Positions 43,177-53,119 of a stretch of 64,000 nt of DNA are shown here, piece by piece (position 1 is the first letter of the stretch; each line of letters begins with the position of its first letter). Under the pieces are notes generated by a model. That model was not told the DNA's origin and ran no database searches. It worked only from the letters and a program-made list of their open reading frames with translations. Location: the NCBI GenBank assembly GCA_963769935.1, contig CAVYNY010000011.1, positions 224,001 through 288,000 on the forward strand, in the 5' to 3' direction. Source of the stretch: an uncultured delta proteobacterium (GTDB lineage Bacteria; Desulfobacterota; Desulfobacteria; Desulfobacterales; JAFDCJ01). The translations under genes and the position numbers were made by a program.

Positions 43177-43273
43177 TAATTACTCCGCCCTGTAAAACGG
43201 TATATTCAGGGTCGTGATTTTGTCATTTCCAATTGAAGATAGTCGTTGGATCAACGATTTGGCGGATTAATTA
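43177..43273. mobile_element. 97-bp MITE-like element, copy 2 (opposite orientation)
   Basis: TAATTACTCCGCC...GGCGGATTAATTA; interior aligns with copy 1 when reverse-complemented. Confidence 0.6.
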
Positions 43274-43473
43274 TTCATTAAGCGATTTACCCGATCAATA
43301 TTAGCCAGAGCCGCAATCTTGTCAAGCGCTGAGATGGCAGCTGGATGCTGGATACTGGATAAAATAAGGCAAAAGGTTAAAGGATAATGATAATTTCAAC
43401 GTCATCGGCAGAATGTGTCATCTGGCATCTGAATCCATTAACCAATAACTAATAACAAATAACGGTGGCCCTT

Positions 43474-43556
43474 TTCTGTCCTCTGACTTCTGTCCTCTGA
43501 CCTCTGCCTTCTGTCTTCTGTCCTCTGATCTCTGATCTCTTTCCTCTGTTCTCTGA
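43474..43556. repeat. Degenerate 7-mer tandem repeat (approx. TCTGTCC/TCTGACC)
   Basis: About 11 imperfect units read directly. Confidence 0.7.
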
Positions 43557-43660
43557 TTTACTGACTTGCAATAATTAAAAATCTGCGTATAATCTACCCA
43601 TTATAAAATATGATGCAATAGCAAGCGTTTACCCCAAGCATTAAAAAGGTGGCAAAATCT

Positions 43661-45121
43661 ATGTCGGAAGAACCTCAATCGCCGTTGCAAATCCAACGGG
43701 CTCAGAAACCTGAATTTCTGACGAATACCAGATTTGATGAGTTTGATTTACATGCCGAAGTACTGGCCGGGCTAAACGATGCCGGGTTCGTGTACTGCAC
43801 TCCGATCCAGGCCCAAACACTGCCGATTTCCCTGACCGGCCGGGATGTTGCCGGGCAGGCCCAGACCGGCACCGGCAAAACGGCTGTTTTTCTCGTTACC
43901 CTTCTAAACCGGCTGTTGTCGAAACCGGAAAAAAGCACCGGTCTGCCCCTGGCCCTGATTGTTGCACCCACCCGGGAACTGTCTCATCAAATATATGAAG
44001 AAGCCAAAGTTCTTGCGCGTCACACCCGGCTTTCTATGGTGCAGGTGGTAGGCGGCGTGGATTATCTCAAGCAGGCTGAAATTCTTCGCCAGGGGGTCGA
44101 TATCGTCATCTGCACCCCGGGTCGCATTATCGACTACTATAAACAGGGAATTTTTAAAACTGAAAGCATCAAATCGCTGGTTATTGATGAAGCGGATCGT
44201 TTGCTGGATCTTGGTTTTGCCAAAGACATGCGCTATATTCTGCGCAAGCTTCCGCCCTATGACAAACGGCAGTCCATGTTGTTTTCAGCCACGCTTTCTT
44301 ATCGGGTTTTGGAACTTACTTATGAATATATGAACCTGCCCGAATTTATTTCCGTCACTCCGCAGACCGTGACCGTCGAAGGTATCGAGCAGTCGTTGTA
44401 TCATGTCGGCAGCGACAAGAAGGTTGCTCTCCTGCTGGGCCTTTTAAAGCGGGAGGAATGGAGCCGGATGCTCATATTTGTCAATACCAAGGCCGGCGTG
44501 GAAAACTTGACCTATAGACTGAAAGGCAATGGATGCCCGGCTGAGGGGATCACAGGGGATCTGCCCCAGCGAAAGCGGTTTCAGCTGATGGCGCAGTTTA
44601 AAAAAGGTCAAATCAAAATCCTGGTTGCAACGGATGTCGCTTCACGGGGCATTCATGTCGAGGATATCAGCCATGTGATAAACTATGATCTGCCCCAGGA
44701 CGCGGAAAACTATATTCACCGCATCGGCCGCACAGCGCGGGCCGGCAAAACCGGCAAGGCAATTTCTCTGGCATGTGAGAGATACGTATTTCATCTCGAG
44801 CAGGTGGAACAGATGCTGGACTACAAAATTCCGGTAATATGGCCCGATGAAGACTGGTACGTAGAAGATAAATCCAGACCGCTTCCCAGCAAAAGACGAA
44901 GCCGGCCGAAAAGAAGCGACCAGCGGCGCGACAGGGGGGCGGATAAAAAACAGCGGACCGGCCCCGCCGGCCCCGGCCCCAAACCCCAGAAAAGAAGAAA
45001 GCCTTCGCACTTTCCAGGCGCTTTTTTCGGCTTTGGACCAGGGCCGATAGAAGATGAAAAGACGGATGTGCGCCAGGAGCCTATCTCAAAAGCGCCTGAT
45101 ACCAAAACTGCGGACGCCTGA
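43661..45121 (+). CDS. DEAD-box RNA helicase (RhlB-like)
   Basis: Q motif TPIQ, AQTGTGKT, PTREL, DEAD, SAT, HRIGRTARAG. Confidence 0.9.
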   Translation: MSEEPQSPLQIQRAQKPEFLTNTRFDEFDLHAEVLAGLNDAGFVYCTPIQAQTLPISLTGRDVAGQAQTGTGKTAVFLVTLLNRLLSKPEKSTGLPLALIVAPTRELSHQIYEEAKVLARHTRLSMVQVVGGVDYLKQAEILRQGVDIVICTPGRIIDYYKQGIFKTESIKSLVIDEADRLLDLGFAKDMRYILRKLPPYDKRQSMLFSATLSYRVLELTYEYMNLPEFISVTPQTVTVEGIEQSLYHVGSDKKVALLLGLLKREEWSRMLIFVNTKAGVENLTYRLKGNGCPAEGITGDLPQRKRFQLMAQFKKGQIKILVATDVASRGIHVEDISHVINYDLPQDAENYIHRIGRTARAGKTGKAISLACERYVFHLEQVEQMLDYKIPVIWPDEDWYVEDKSRPLPSKRRSRPKRSDQRRDRGADKKQRTGPAGPGPKPQKRRKPSHFPGAFFGFGPGPIEDEKTDVRQEPISKAPDTKTADA

Positions 45122-45280
45122 TGCGGAATTCTGTGCGTAAATCTCACCTGCGGCGTCGTGGTCGCTTTTTTAGAATTAACGTCGAACGCTGGTTCCTTGA
45201 ACGGTGAACGCTGAACCTTTGAACGCGTGCCAGCGGTATCCCCCTTGATAAAGTCCAATTTATTCCTTAAATTACCGAAC

Positions 45281-46027
45281 ATGGGACACGTCTTTGACTT
45301 CAATGAAGCTGTCGCTTACGAGCATTGGCTGAAAAAACCGCAATCTAAAAAAGCATTTGAACTCGAGACGCAATTGATGCGGGATTTGCTGCAACCCATG
45401 CGGGGCGAGACCGTGCTGGATATTGGTTGCGGTACCGGGGCCTGTCTGGTTGCGTTTCTTGAGATGGGCCTGCGGGTCACCGGTGTGGACCCGTCTACCT
45501 ACATGCTGGATATTGCTCTGAAAAAAATCAGCACCCGGGCGGATCTTTACCGCGGGTACGCCGAAGATTTGCCCTTTGATGACAATTCCTTCAGTTATGC
45601 CTGTCTTTTTACTACGCTGGAATTTGTCGAAGATCACCGCAAGGCGCTCGAAGAAGCATTTCGGGTGGCCAAGGACCGCGTCTTTATCGGAGTGTTGAAT
45701 CGCTACGCCATTAAAGGAATTCAACGGCGCGTCAAAGGAATATTCACGCCGACCATCTTCAATCATGCCAAGTTTTTCAGCGTCTGGGAACTTAAGCAAT
45801 TAATCCGGGATATTATCGGAGATACGCCGGTGTCATGGCGCACGGTGTGCCAGCTGCCGTCGAATTCGGGCCATTTTGTCAACAGCCTGGAACAGTCTAA
45901 AATTATCCAGCGTTGTCCGTTCGGAGCCTTTGCCGGGATCGTGGTAACCCTGGTGCCCCGGTTTAGAACGCGGCCGCTTACCATGCGATACCAGGCCAAA
46001 AATCCGGGCGAGGTTGCGACCGGGTAA
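45281..46027 (+). CDS. Class I SAM-dependent methyltransferase
   Basis: VLDIGCGTG, GVDPS, AEDLPFDDNSF. Confidence 0.85.
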   Translation: MGHVFDFNEAVAYEHWLKKPQSKKAFELETQLMRDLLQPMRGETVLDIGCGTGACLVAFLEMGLRVTGVDPSTYMLDIALKKISTRADLYRGYAEDLPFDDNSFSYACLFTTLEFVEDHRKALEEAFRVAKDRVFIGVLNRYAIKGIQRRVKGIFTPTIFNHAKFFSVWELKQLIRDIIGDTPVSWRTVCQLPSNSGHFVNSLEQSKIIQRCPFGAFAGIVVTLVPRFRTRPLTMRYQAKNPGEVATG

Positions 46028-46269
46028 GATGGGATTGGATATGAATATTGAAGATTGAAGATTGAAGATTGAAGATTTGTGGATGTCGCTTCGCTCCGTC
46101 ATTTTTATAATCGTTTTCTTTAAATAGATACGCCAAGGCGCGGAGACAACTGTTAATTTTAAAATAGAAAGAATTCCTTAATTATTCAATCTGCAGTATT
46201 CAATATTCATTTATTACAGCTTCGATTCCTGATTCCTCAAACTTTAAATCAAAATGGAGTTTTACCACC

Positions 46270-47283
46270 ATGGAAGCTTACCTGTATGAAACCCTGGAGG
46301 ATAAAAAGGTCAAATGCAACCTTTGCAGTCACCGTTGTGTGATTAAAGACGGCCGCCGGGGAATTTGCGGGGTGCGTCAAAATGAGAACGGCATCCTGAA
46401 AACCCTGGTTTACGGCAACCTCATCGCCCGTCATATCGATCCTATTGAGAAAAAGCCCCTGTTTCATTTTTTGCCCGGAACCCATTCTTATTCCATTGCC
46501 ACCGTCGGCTGCAACTTTCGCTGCCGCTTCTGTCAGAATGCCGATATTGCCCAGATGCCTGCCGACCACAAGGGCCTGATTATGGGTGACACCTACACCC
46601 CGCAGGAAGTGGTGGATGCGGCGGAAAAGGCCGGCTGCCGCAGTATCTCCTACACCTATACCGAGCCCACGGTCTTTTTTGAATTTGCTTACGAGACTGC
46701 CAAGCTGGCTCACGATCGGGGAATTCGCAACGTATTTGTCACCAACGGGTACATGACCGCCGAAGCGCTGGAGATGATTCATCCCTATCTGGATGCCGCC
46801 AACGTCGATTTGAAGGCTTTTTCGGACAAGTACTACAAAGAGATTTGCGGCGCCGGCCTGCAGCATGTGCAAGCCACCCTGAAATTAATGAAATCGCGCG
46901 GCATCTTTGTGGAGGTGACCACCCTGATCGTTCCGGGATTGAATGACGACGCGGCGGAGTTAAAAGGACTGGCTGAATTTATCGCCCAAGACCTGGGCGT
47001 TGGAACCCCTTGGCATATCAGTCGATTCCATCCCACCTACAAGCTGATTGACCGCCCCCCCACACCGGTTAAGACCCTCATAAAGGCCCGGAAAATAGGT
47101 CTGAAAGCCGGCTTGAGATATGTGTATACCGGCAATGTCCCCGGCGATGCCGCAGAAAATACCTTTTGCTACAGCTGCGGGGAGAAGGTGATCGAGCGTT
47201 GGGGCTTTCAGGTAGGAAAGCTGAGGATTAAAAACGGCCAATGTGAGAAATGCGGCGCGCAAATCGACGGAGTGTGGGAATAG
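46270..47283 (+). CDS. AmmeMemoRadiSam system radical SAM enzyme
   Basis: IDPIEKKPLFHF, GCNFRCRFCQN, YTYTEP, HISRFHP. Confidence 0.9.
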   Translation: MEAYLYETLEDKKVKCNLCSHRCVIKDGRRGICGVRQNENGILKTLVYGNLIARHIDPIEKKPLFHFLPGTHSYSIATVGCNFRCRFCQNADIAQMPADHKGLIMGDTYTPQEVVDAAEKAGCRSISYTYTEPTVFFEFAYETAKLAHDRGIRNVFVTNGYMTAEALEMIHPYLDAANVDLKAFSDKYYKEICGAGLQHVQATLKLMKSRGIFVEVTTLIVPGLNDDAAELKGLAEFIAQDLGVGTPWHISRFHPTYKLIDRPPTPVKTLIKARKIGLKAGLRYVYTGNVPGDAAENTFCYSCGEKVIERWGFQVGKLRIKNGQCEKCGAQIDGVWE

Positions 47284-47338
47284 CCGCCCTTCGAGCGGCG
47301 GGTTCAGGGTTTTATGTTCAGAGTTCAACGGTTTAAAT

Positions 47339-48496
47339 TTACGAGCTGTGAGCTTTTGCAGGTATTCGGATCAGCTGGATCGCGCAAAGCGACACCAAGG
47401 CCATCATGGCTCCGCCGAAAAATGGTATGCGGTAGTCGACCATCCACAGCACGCCGCCTAAAGCCGGCAAAAAAACTGCGGCAATATGATTGATGGTGAA
47501 ACCGACTGCCATGCTCGGGGCAATGTCTCTGCGGTCGCCCACCTTTTGGAAATAGGTGCGAATGGCAATGGCAAAGTTAAAAAATATGTGATCCAGAATA
47601 TAGAGGGCGGCAATCAGCAGCTTGGATGTTGTGGTGGCATAAGCCAGAAAAATGAGAATCAGACTGAAATATTCCAGCGATAAAACTTTTCTCTCGCCAA
47701 AGCGTATAATGCTTCTTCCGATCAAAGGGCTCAGATAATAATTGATGGCATTGTTGATGACAAATAGAATTGTGATTTCTTGAACGGAGTATTTGAATTT
47801 CTGCACCATCAGCAAAACGGCAAATGCCATAAAAATCTGGCGCCGGGCCCCGGCCATGAAAGTCAGAAAATAAAAGAGCCAGTATTTTTTGCGCAGAATC
47901 ATTTTTTTGTGTTGCGGGATCAGCGTCTTGTCTGAAGGGTCCTGCAGCAATCCCCAGAACCCCGCGACGAAAGTCAGACCGCCAATCAGCAGGTAGATCC
48001 CGGCAAAATTCATTACAAACGCTGCAAAATAAATCAAAATTCCGACTGCGATGTTGGATGCCGCCGCAAAACTGCGTTGTTTGCCGAAAACCCAGGGTGA
48101 TGTTCCCTGATCGAAGTACTGAAGCGTCAGGGACATGTTGGTAGTTTCAAAATAATGAAAACCGAAGCTCATCACCAGGGTGGTTGTCATCAATCCGGCA
48201 TAGGATGGAAACCAACCGGTAATTGCCAGACCGAGACCCAGAATTAAAATCGAAAGGGCCGAAAGGCGATGCTCTTTGATGAACATGATTACGAAGACGG
48301 CCAACAGCGCCAGAAATCCCGGAATTTCTCTGACGGATTGTATCATTCCAATTTGATTTCCGCCCAGCCCGGCGACATCAACAGCAAAATTGTTAAACAA
48401 CGTGAGCCAGGTCTGCAACCCCATGGTTGAACAGATTGTAAACACAATCAGGTATCGGTACATGGGATCTTTTTTTGCTTTTTCGATATGAATCAT
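47339..48496 (-). CDS. MFS transporter
   Basis: Multiple TM helices; REIPGFLAL, GARRQIF, FTINHIAAV. Confidence 0.8.
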   Translation of the reverse strand: MIHIEKAKKDPMYRYLIVFTICSTMGLQTWLTLFNNFAVDVAGLGGNQIGMIQSVREIPGFLALLAVFVIMFIKEHRLSALSILILGLGLAITGWFPSYAGLMTTTLVMSFGFHYFETTNMSLTLQYFDQGTSPWVFGKQRSFAAASNIAVGILIYFAAFVMNFAGIYLLIGGLTFVAGFWGLLQDPSDKTLIPQHKKMILRKKYWLFYFLTFMAGARRQIFMAFAVLLMVQKFKYSVQEITILFVINNAINYYLSPLIGRSIIRFGERKVLSLEYFSLILIFLAYATTTSKLLIAALYILDHIFFNFAIAIRTYFQKVGDRRDIAPSMAVGFTINHIAAVFLPALGGVLWMVDYRIPFFGGAMMALVSLCAIQLIRIPAKAHSS

Positions 48497-48537
48497 TTTC
48501 GGGTGCTTCGTTTATTTTAAGCTGTAATTTCAGTCAT

Positions 48538-48854
48538 GGTTCAAAATGATGAACCTCGGTATTAAGTCTATTTTCAATTACTTAAGATCCTATTCATGAG
48601 TCTGACCGACTGCGGTTCAAAATTTTGAATTTTACGCCATAGTAAAAAACTGCTTTAAAAACAAGTACTTTATCAAAATTTAACCCTCAAGGGTTAAAAA
48701 TTGTGAACCCAAACAGCGGTTCAACCGGTCTGCCGGCCACTATGAAAACGTCGCTTTTTTTTGGCATAAAATTATATCTTACTGAATTTAAATGGGATAT
48801 AAATATTTTTTCCTTGGCCGGCCTTTTTAATTCTAATTTGGCAAGTTTATTGCA
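48538..48854 (+). promoter_or_regulatory. Unit 1: three GGTTCAAAATTTTGAACC-like palindromes (48538, 48614, 48692) and sigma54 promoter TGGCAAGTTTATTGCA (48839-48854)
   Basis: Palindromes 76 and 78 bp apart; GG-N10-GC. Confidence 0.75.
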
Positions 48855-48864
48855 GGATACTATG

Positions 48865-48939
48865 CCAGCCTAATAATTTGTTCATCTGTTCTCCTCCTTA
48901 ACGGCCGATTGGCTAGCCCCCAATCAGCCGTTTTTTTTT
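48865..48939 (+). ncRNA. Candidate sigma54-dependent small RNA, copy 1
   Basis: Starts about 12 nt after the -12 box, contains CTCCTCCTT, ends in a hairpin plus T9. Confidence 0.65.
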
Positions 48940-48965
48940 GATGATTGGCTGCGGAATTTAGCGGA

Positions 48966-49276
48966 AGTTCAAAACTTTGAACCTAATATAAATAGTAATT
49001 TAAGTTAGTTATAAGCTATTCCCTCAGACGGCAGGACCGGGTTCAAAATTTTGAACTTTAGGGACTAATAAGAAAATGCTTTAATAACAGAAGGTTTTCA
49101 AGTTTTGCCGGCAGCCGGTTAAAAATAATGAACCCAAGCGCCGGTTCGAAAGCCTGCAGTTCTGCTTGGCGATGCGATCCGATCTTTTTTTAGATTTTTA
49201 ACTAATTGAATTATATAGGTATAATTAATATTTTAAATTTATTTATTTTTTTCTTCATTTTGGCAGATAATTTGCA
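48966..49276 (+). promoter_or_regulatory. Unit 2: three palindromes (48966, 49040, 49117) and sigma54 promoter TGGCAGATAATTTGCA (49261-49276)
   Basis: Same layout as unit 1, offset by 422-428 bp. Confidence 0.75.
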
Positions 49277-49286
49277 TTAAAATATC

Positions 49287-49371
49287 ACTAAAGAAATAAA
49301 GCCTAATAATTTCTTCATCTGTTCTCCTCCTTAACGACTGATTGGCCAGCCCCCAATCAGTCGTTTTTTTT
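49287..49371 (+). ncRNA. Candidate sigma54-dependent small RNA, copy 2
   Basis: 59 of 64 core nt identical to copy 1; perfect ACGACTGATTGG/CCAATCAGTCGT stem plus T8. Confidence 0.65.
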
Positions 49372-49506
49372 GTTTGAATTTTAAGAAGCTTTTGCTTAAA
49401 AAACATTTCTGGATGTGTTAAATTTTTTGTTATCGTCACATCTACTTAGCCAATCAACTGTTCAACCCGTCAGCGGATTTTGTATTTCAAGAACCAAGGA
49501 CCACGG

Positions 49507-50346
49507 ATGATTATCGATTGTCACACCCACATTTTCCCGGCAGATGTGCAACAGAACCGGGATCAATATTTTCAGGCAGAGCCGAACTTCAAACTATTAT
49601 ACCAGTCTCCCAAATCCAAGCTGATCGGGGCCACGGAACTGTTAAACGCCATGGATGAGCACGGGGTGGACAAATCGGTTATTTTCGGGTTCCCATGGTC
49701 CGATACCGATACTTATCGATTCCACAACGACTACATCATGGAAATAGTTCAAAAATATCCCCACCGGTTTATCGGCCTGGGATGTTTCGATCCGGCAGAT
49801 GTACAGGCTTTGGCTGAAACCGAACGGTGCCTGGCCGGAGGCCTTTCCGGCATCGGCGAACTGGCGTTTTATCGGTCCGGTATTGACGAATCCGCCCTGG
49901 AGCAGCTGGCTCCGATTATGAAGATCTGCTTAAATCGCGGCCTGCCGGTTTTAATTCATACCAATGAACCTGTGGGACATCACTATCACGGGAAAACTCC
50001 GATTACGCTGGCCCAGATTTACCAACTCATTAAACGATTCCCGGACAACAACATTATTTTGGCCCATTGGGGCGGCGGCCTGTTTTTTTATAGCCTGATG
50101 AAAAAGCAGGTTAAAGAAAGCCTTAAAAATGTCTATTTTGACACGGCCGCTTCTCCGTTTCTTTATGATGCCGCAGTATACCGCGTCGCCATTGAGCTGA
50201 CCGGCGCCGACAAAATCCTTTTCGGTACGGATTTTCCCCTGCTGCCGCCGGCAAGATATTTTAGCGAGATGGATCAGGCTGGATTAAGCCCAGCGGAGAT
50301 CGACCAAATTTGCGGTTTGAATGCGAAAGTGCTGCTTTCGCTTTAA
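49507..50346 (+). CDS. Amidohydrolase family protein (amidohydro_2)
   Basis: IDCHTH, GIGEL, VLIH, LAHWGGG, YFDTAA, LFGTDFP. Confidence 0.88.
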   Translation: MIIDCHTHIFPADVQQNRDQYFQAEPNFKLLYQSPKSKLIGATELLNAMDEHGVDKSVIFGFPWSDTDTYRFHNDYIMEIVQKYPHRFIGLGCFDPADVQALAETERCLAGGLSGIGELAFYRSGIDESALEQLAPIMKICLNRGLPVLIHTNEPVGHHYHGKTPITLAQIYQLIKRFPDNNIILAHWGGGLFFYSLMKKQVKESLKNVYFDTAASPFLYDAAVYRVAIELTGADKILFGTDFPLLPPARYFSEMDQAGLSPAEIDQICGLNAKVLLSL

Positions 50347-50368
50347 TCTTTTATCAAGGAGGATCTTC

Positions 50369-51697
50369 ATGAACAAATCAGTGGTCGCCATCGTATCCTA
50401 CGATAAACCTAAAGAATCCGTGCGCCAAGCCGTCGAACTTTCCCGCGGTCTGGATCACCTGCCGGCCGGGGCCAAGGTGTTTATTAAGCCCAACATTGTC
50501 TTTTGGACCAAAGCCGTTCCCTTTCCCAAGTGGGGCGTTATCACCACCTCCCGGGTAGTGGAGGACATGATTGTGATTCTCAAGGAGCGCGGCATCGATG
50601 ACATTACCATCGGCGAAGGGACCGTTACCATGAATCCCAAAGACCTGACCACTCCGGCCCATGCTTTTGAAACCCTGGGTTACGGGAAATTGAAGCAAAA
50701 ATACGGCATTAAATACGTGAATATATTCGAACGGCCGTTTAAAAAGATGGATCTCGGCGACGGTGTCGAGCTCCGGTTCAATACCGATGTTCTGGCAAGC
50801 GATTTTGTAGTGGATCTGCCGGTAATGAAAGCCCACAATCAGACCGTGGTCAGTTTGGGCATCAAAAATTTAAAAGGACTGATCGACGTCTCCTCCCGCA
50901 AAAAATGCCACAATATGACACCCGGTAGGGATCTGCACTTCTGGGTGTCCAAACTGGCCGACCCAATGCCCCCAATTTTCACCCTTATCGACGGTATTTA
51001 TTCCAACGAACGGGGTCCCGGTCCGGACGGCAAATTGCGCCGGACCAATCTTCTGGTGGCATCGGCCGACATATTGTCGGCCGATCTGGTAGGTGCCGCA
51101 ATTCTGGGGTATCAACCCGAACAGGTGCCGCACCTGGTACATGCGGCCCAACACCGCGGTCGTCCCTGCGACCTTTCGGACATCGAGGTCGTTGGCGAAC
51201 GCATCGCAGACGTGAAACGGCCGCACGAATATGATTTCAGCTACAGTGAAACAGATGAAGTAATTCTCCCGACCCCGCTGGCAAAACAGGGAATTAAAGG
51301 TGTTTTTTATCACAAGTACGATTTATCAATGTGCACGTATTGTTCCGGTGTCAACGGTTTGATGATTTCTGCTATTCGGTTTGCCTGGAAGGGAAAACCC
51401 TTTGATGATGTGGAGATTCTCACCGGTAAATCCATGCAGCCGACACCCGGCAAGAAAAAAACGATTTTAATGGGCAAATGCATTTACCAGGCTCATAAAG
51501 ACAATCCTGCTATCCAGGAGGCCATACCCATCAAGGGTTGTCCGCCCAAACCCGAAGATATGCTGAAGGCCTTGCAAAAAGCCGGCATTGAAGCCGATCC
51601 GGGGCTGTTTGAAAACATCGATCATCTGCCCGGGTTTTATATGGAACGGTACCGGGACAGGCCCGAGTTTGATGAGGGGTTTTTTCAGATAAAGTAG
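50369..51697 (+). CDS. DUF362 domain protein with C-terminal Cys motifs
   Basis: VFIKPN, LPVMKAH, SLGIKNLKG, IDGI; CTYC, GKC, GCPP; AAGGAGG RBS. Confidence 0.8.
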   Translation: MNKSVVAIVSYDKPKESVRQAVELSRGLDHLPAGAKVFIKPNIVFWTKAVPFPKWGVITTSRVVEDMIVILKERGIDDITIGEGTVTMNPKDLTTPAHAFETLGYGKLKQKYGIKYVNIFERPFKKMDLGDGVELRFNTDVLASDFVVDLPVMKAHNQTVVSLGIKNLKGLIDVSSRKKCHNMTPGRDLHFWVSKLADPMPPIFTLIDGIYSNERGPGPDGKLRRTNLLVASADILSADLVGAAILGYQPEQVPHLVHAAQHRGRPCDLSDIEVVGERIADVKRPHEYDFSYSETDEVILPTPLAKQGIKGVFYHKYDLSMCTYCSGVNGLMISAIRFAWKGKPFDDVEILTGKSMQPTPGKKKTILMGKCIYQAHKDNPAIQEAIPIKGCPPKPEDMLKALQKAGIEADPGLFENIDHLPGFYMERYRDRPEFDEGFFQIK

Positions 51698-51814
51698 GTT
51701 TCGAGATTCGGGTTTCAGCGACGCCTACGGCCGTCCGAACGGACAGTTCAATCGAAATGGAGATTTCGGTCGCGGTGATTCTCAAACAAGTTTAAAAAAT
51801 CACCTACCTATAAG

Positions 51815-52197
51815 ACCTCGTATGAAACTACATCTCACACAGAGCGCTCAGAGATCACAGAGGTCTGGGTTTACAGCCGCCTGCGGCGAAAGAAATCCGC
51901 CTCCGGCGGACTGCGGTCTCTGTGAGCTCTAACGAAGTGGGCGTGATATTAAATCCAACTGTGTCCGATTTCCAAAAGTTTCTTTGTTCGATCAGACTGG
52001 ACGTTCGCGGCCAGAGGCAGCGCTCATATGAAAATTCGTTTATAGCGACCGATTTCGTAGGGCGGGCTTACGTGCCCGCCGCAATGAGTCGGCACGGAGG
52101 CCGACCCTACGCCAGCGCCAAACCAAAGTTTCTTTTTTGATCAGAGCGGCCGTTGTTTTGGCCACCGGCGGTGCTGACACCTGAAACCTGAAACCTC
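51815..52197. repeat. Composite dispersed repeat with near-identical modules at 63546-63803
   Basis: Shared blocks TATGAAACTACATCTCACACAGAGCGCTCAGAGATCACAGAGGTCTGGGTTTACAG and AAGTGGGCGTGATATTAAATCCAACTGTGTCCGATTTCCAAAAGTTTCTTT. Confidence 0.8.
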
Positions 52198-52206
52198 AAC
52201 CCTATC

Positions 52207-52890
52207 TTAGATCTTTACCTGCCTGAGTTCCTGCAGAATCGGCTCAATTCTTGCGCGGTGCTCGGGCGGCACCATCAATACCTGCAGCGGCTGATTGGCA
52301 ATCAATCCGTTGCCGGTGCAATGCAGTTTGCCGTTGCGGTACGCCTCACGGTTTTGCTCCATCGACATCGTCTGCAAAACATCCACCAGATTGCCGCTGC
52401 AGCCTTCGGCATCCACATGTTCGATGGTCTGCAAAATTACCGTGTTCACCGATAAGACCAAATCGTCCATTTCCGCATAGCCTTTTTCTCCGCAATGGCG
52501 GCGGGATACCAGGCAGCGGCATCCAAACGGACGCACTTCGTAGAGCGGGCACTGGTGATCCTGCAAAACAGGGCAGACCTGCCAGTTTTCGCTGCCGGTT
52601 TCCTCCGGTGGTTCGATGCCGTCGGCGCATAACCGCGCCAGGCGGTTGGTGGTGATTTGCGGTCGAAAACGATTTATTTCCGACGCGGAGCGAATCTTTT
52701 GGATGAACCCGGTGTCGGTGTCCGAGATCAGGCGGTCAATAATCTTATACCCTTCAAGGGTGGTCAGGATTACACCCGAAGTGCAGCAATGATCACAAAG
52801 TTTTTTACAGGCCAAATCCAGTGAGTCGGCGAATCTGTCATAGATAGAGTAGATCTGATCCAGTATTTTTAATTTTGAAGCAATTATCAT
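52207..52890 (-). CDS. YkgJ-like cysteine cluster protein
   Basis: CKKLCDHCC, CPVL, CPLYEVRPFGCR. Confidence 0.8.
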   Translation of the reverse strand: MIIASKLKILDQIYSIYDRFADSLDLACKKLCDHCCTSGVILTTLEGYKIIDRLISDTDTGFIQKIRSASEINRFRPQITTNRLARLCADGIEPPEETGSENWQVCPVLQDHQCPLYEVRPFGCRCLVSRRHCGEKGYAEMDDLVLSVNTVILQTIEHVDAEGCSGNLVDVLQTMSMEQNREAYRNGKLHCTGNGLIANQPLQVLMVPPEHRARIEPILQELRQVKI

Positions 52891-53119
52891 AATTATCTCC
52901 AAATTTATTTCTTTTTAAAATTGGGTTCCCTCATTGTAAGTTCTTAATTGTGATTTCAGTGCATATTAGTGAAAGGCAATTTTGCCACCAAGACCCTAAG
53001 TCACAAAGATAAATTTTATCCAGAAATATCACTTTGTGTCTTCGTGCCTTTGTGGCAATTTTTCTCCGCCATACAAGGTGAACCCGACCTAAATTCTATC
53101 TATTAATCACGATCGAAAC

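Noticed and set aside
48538..49134. CRISPR array suggested by regularly spaced palindromes
   Set aside because: Repeats are only 18 bp and degenerate, spacers of about 58 bp are too long, there are no cas genes, and the layout fits enhancer sites
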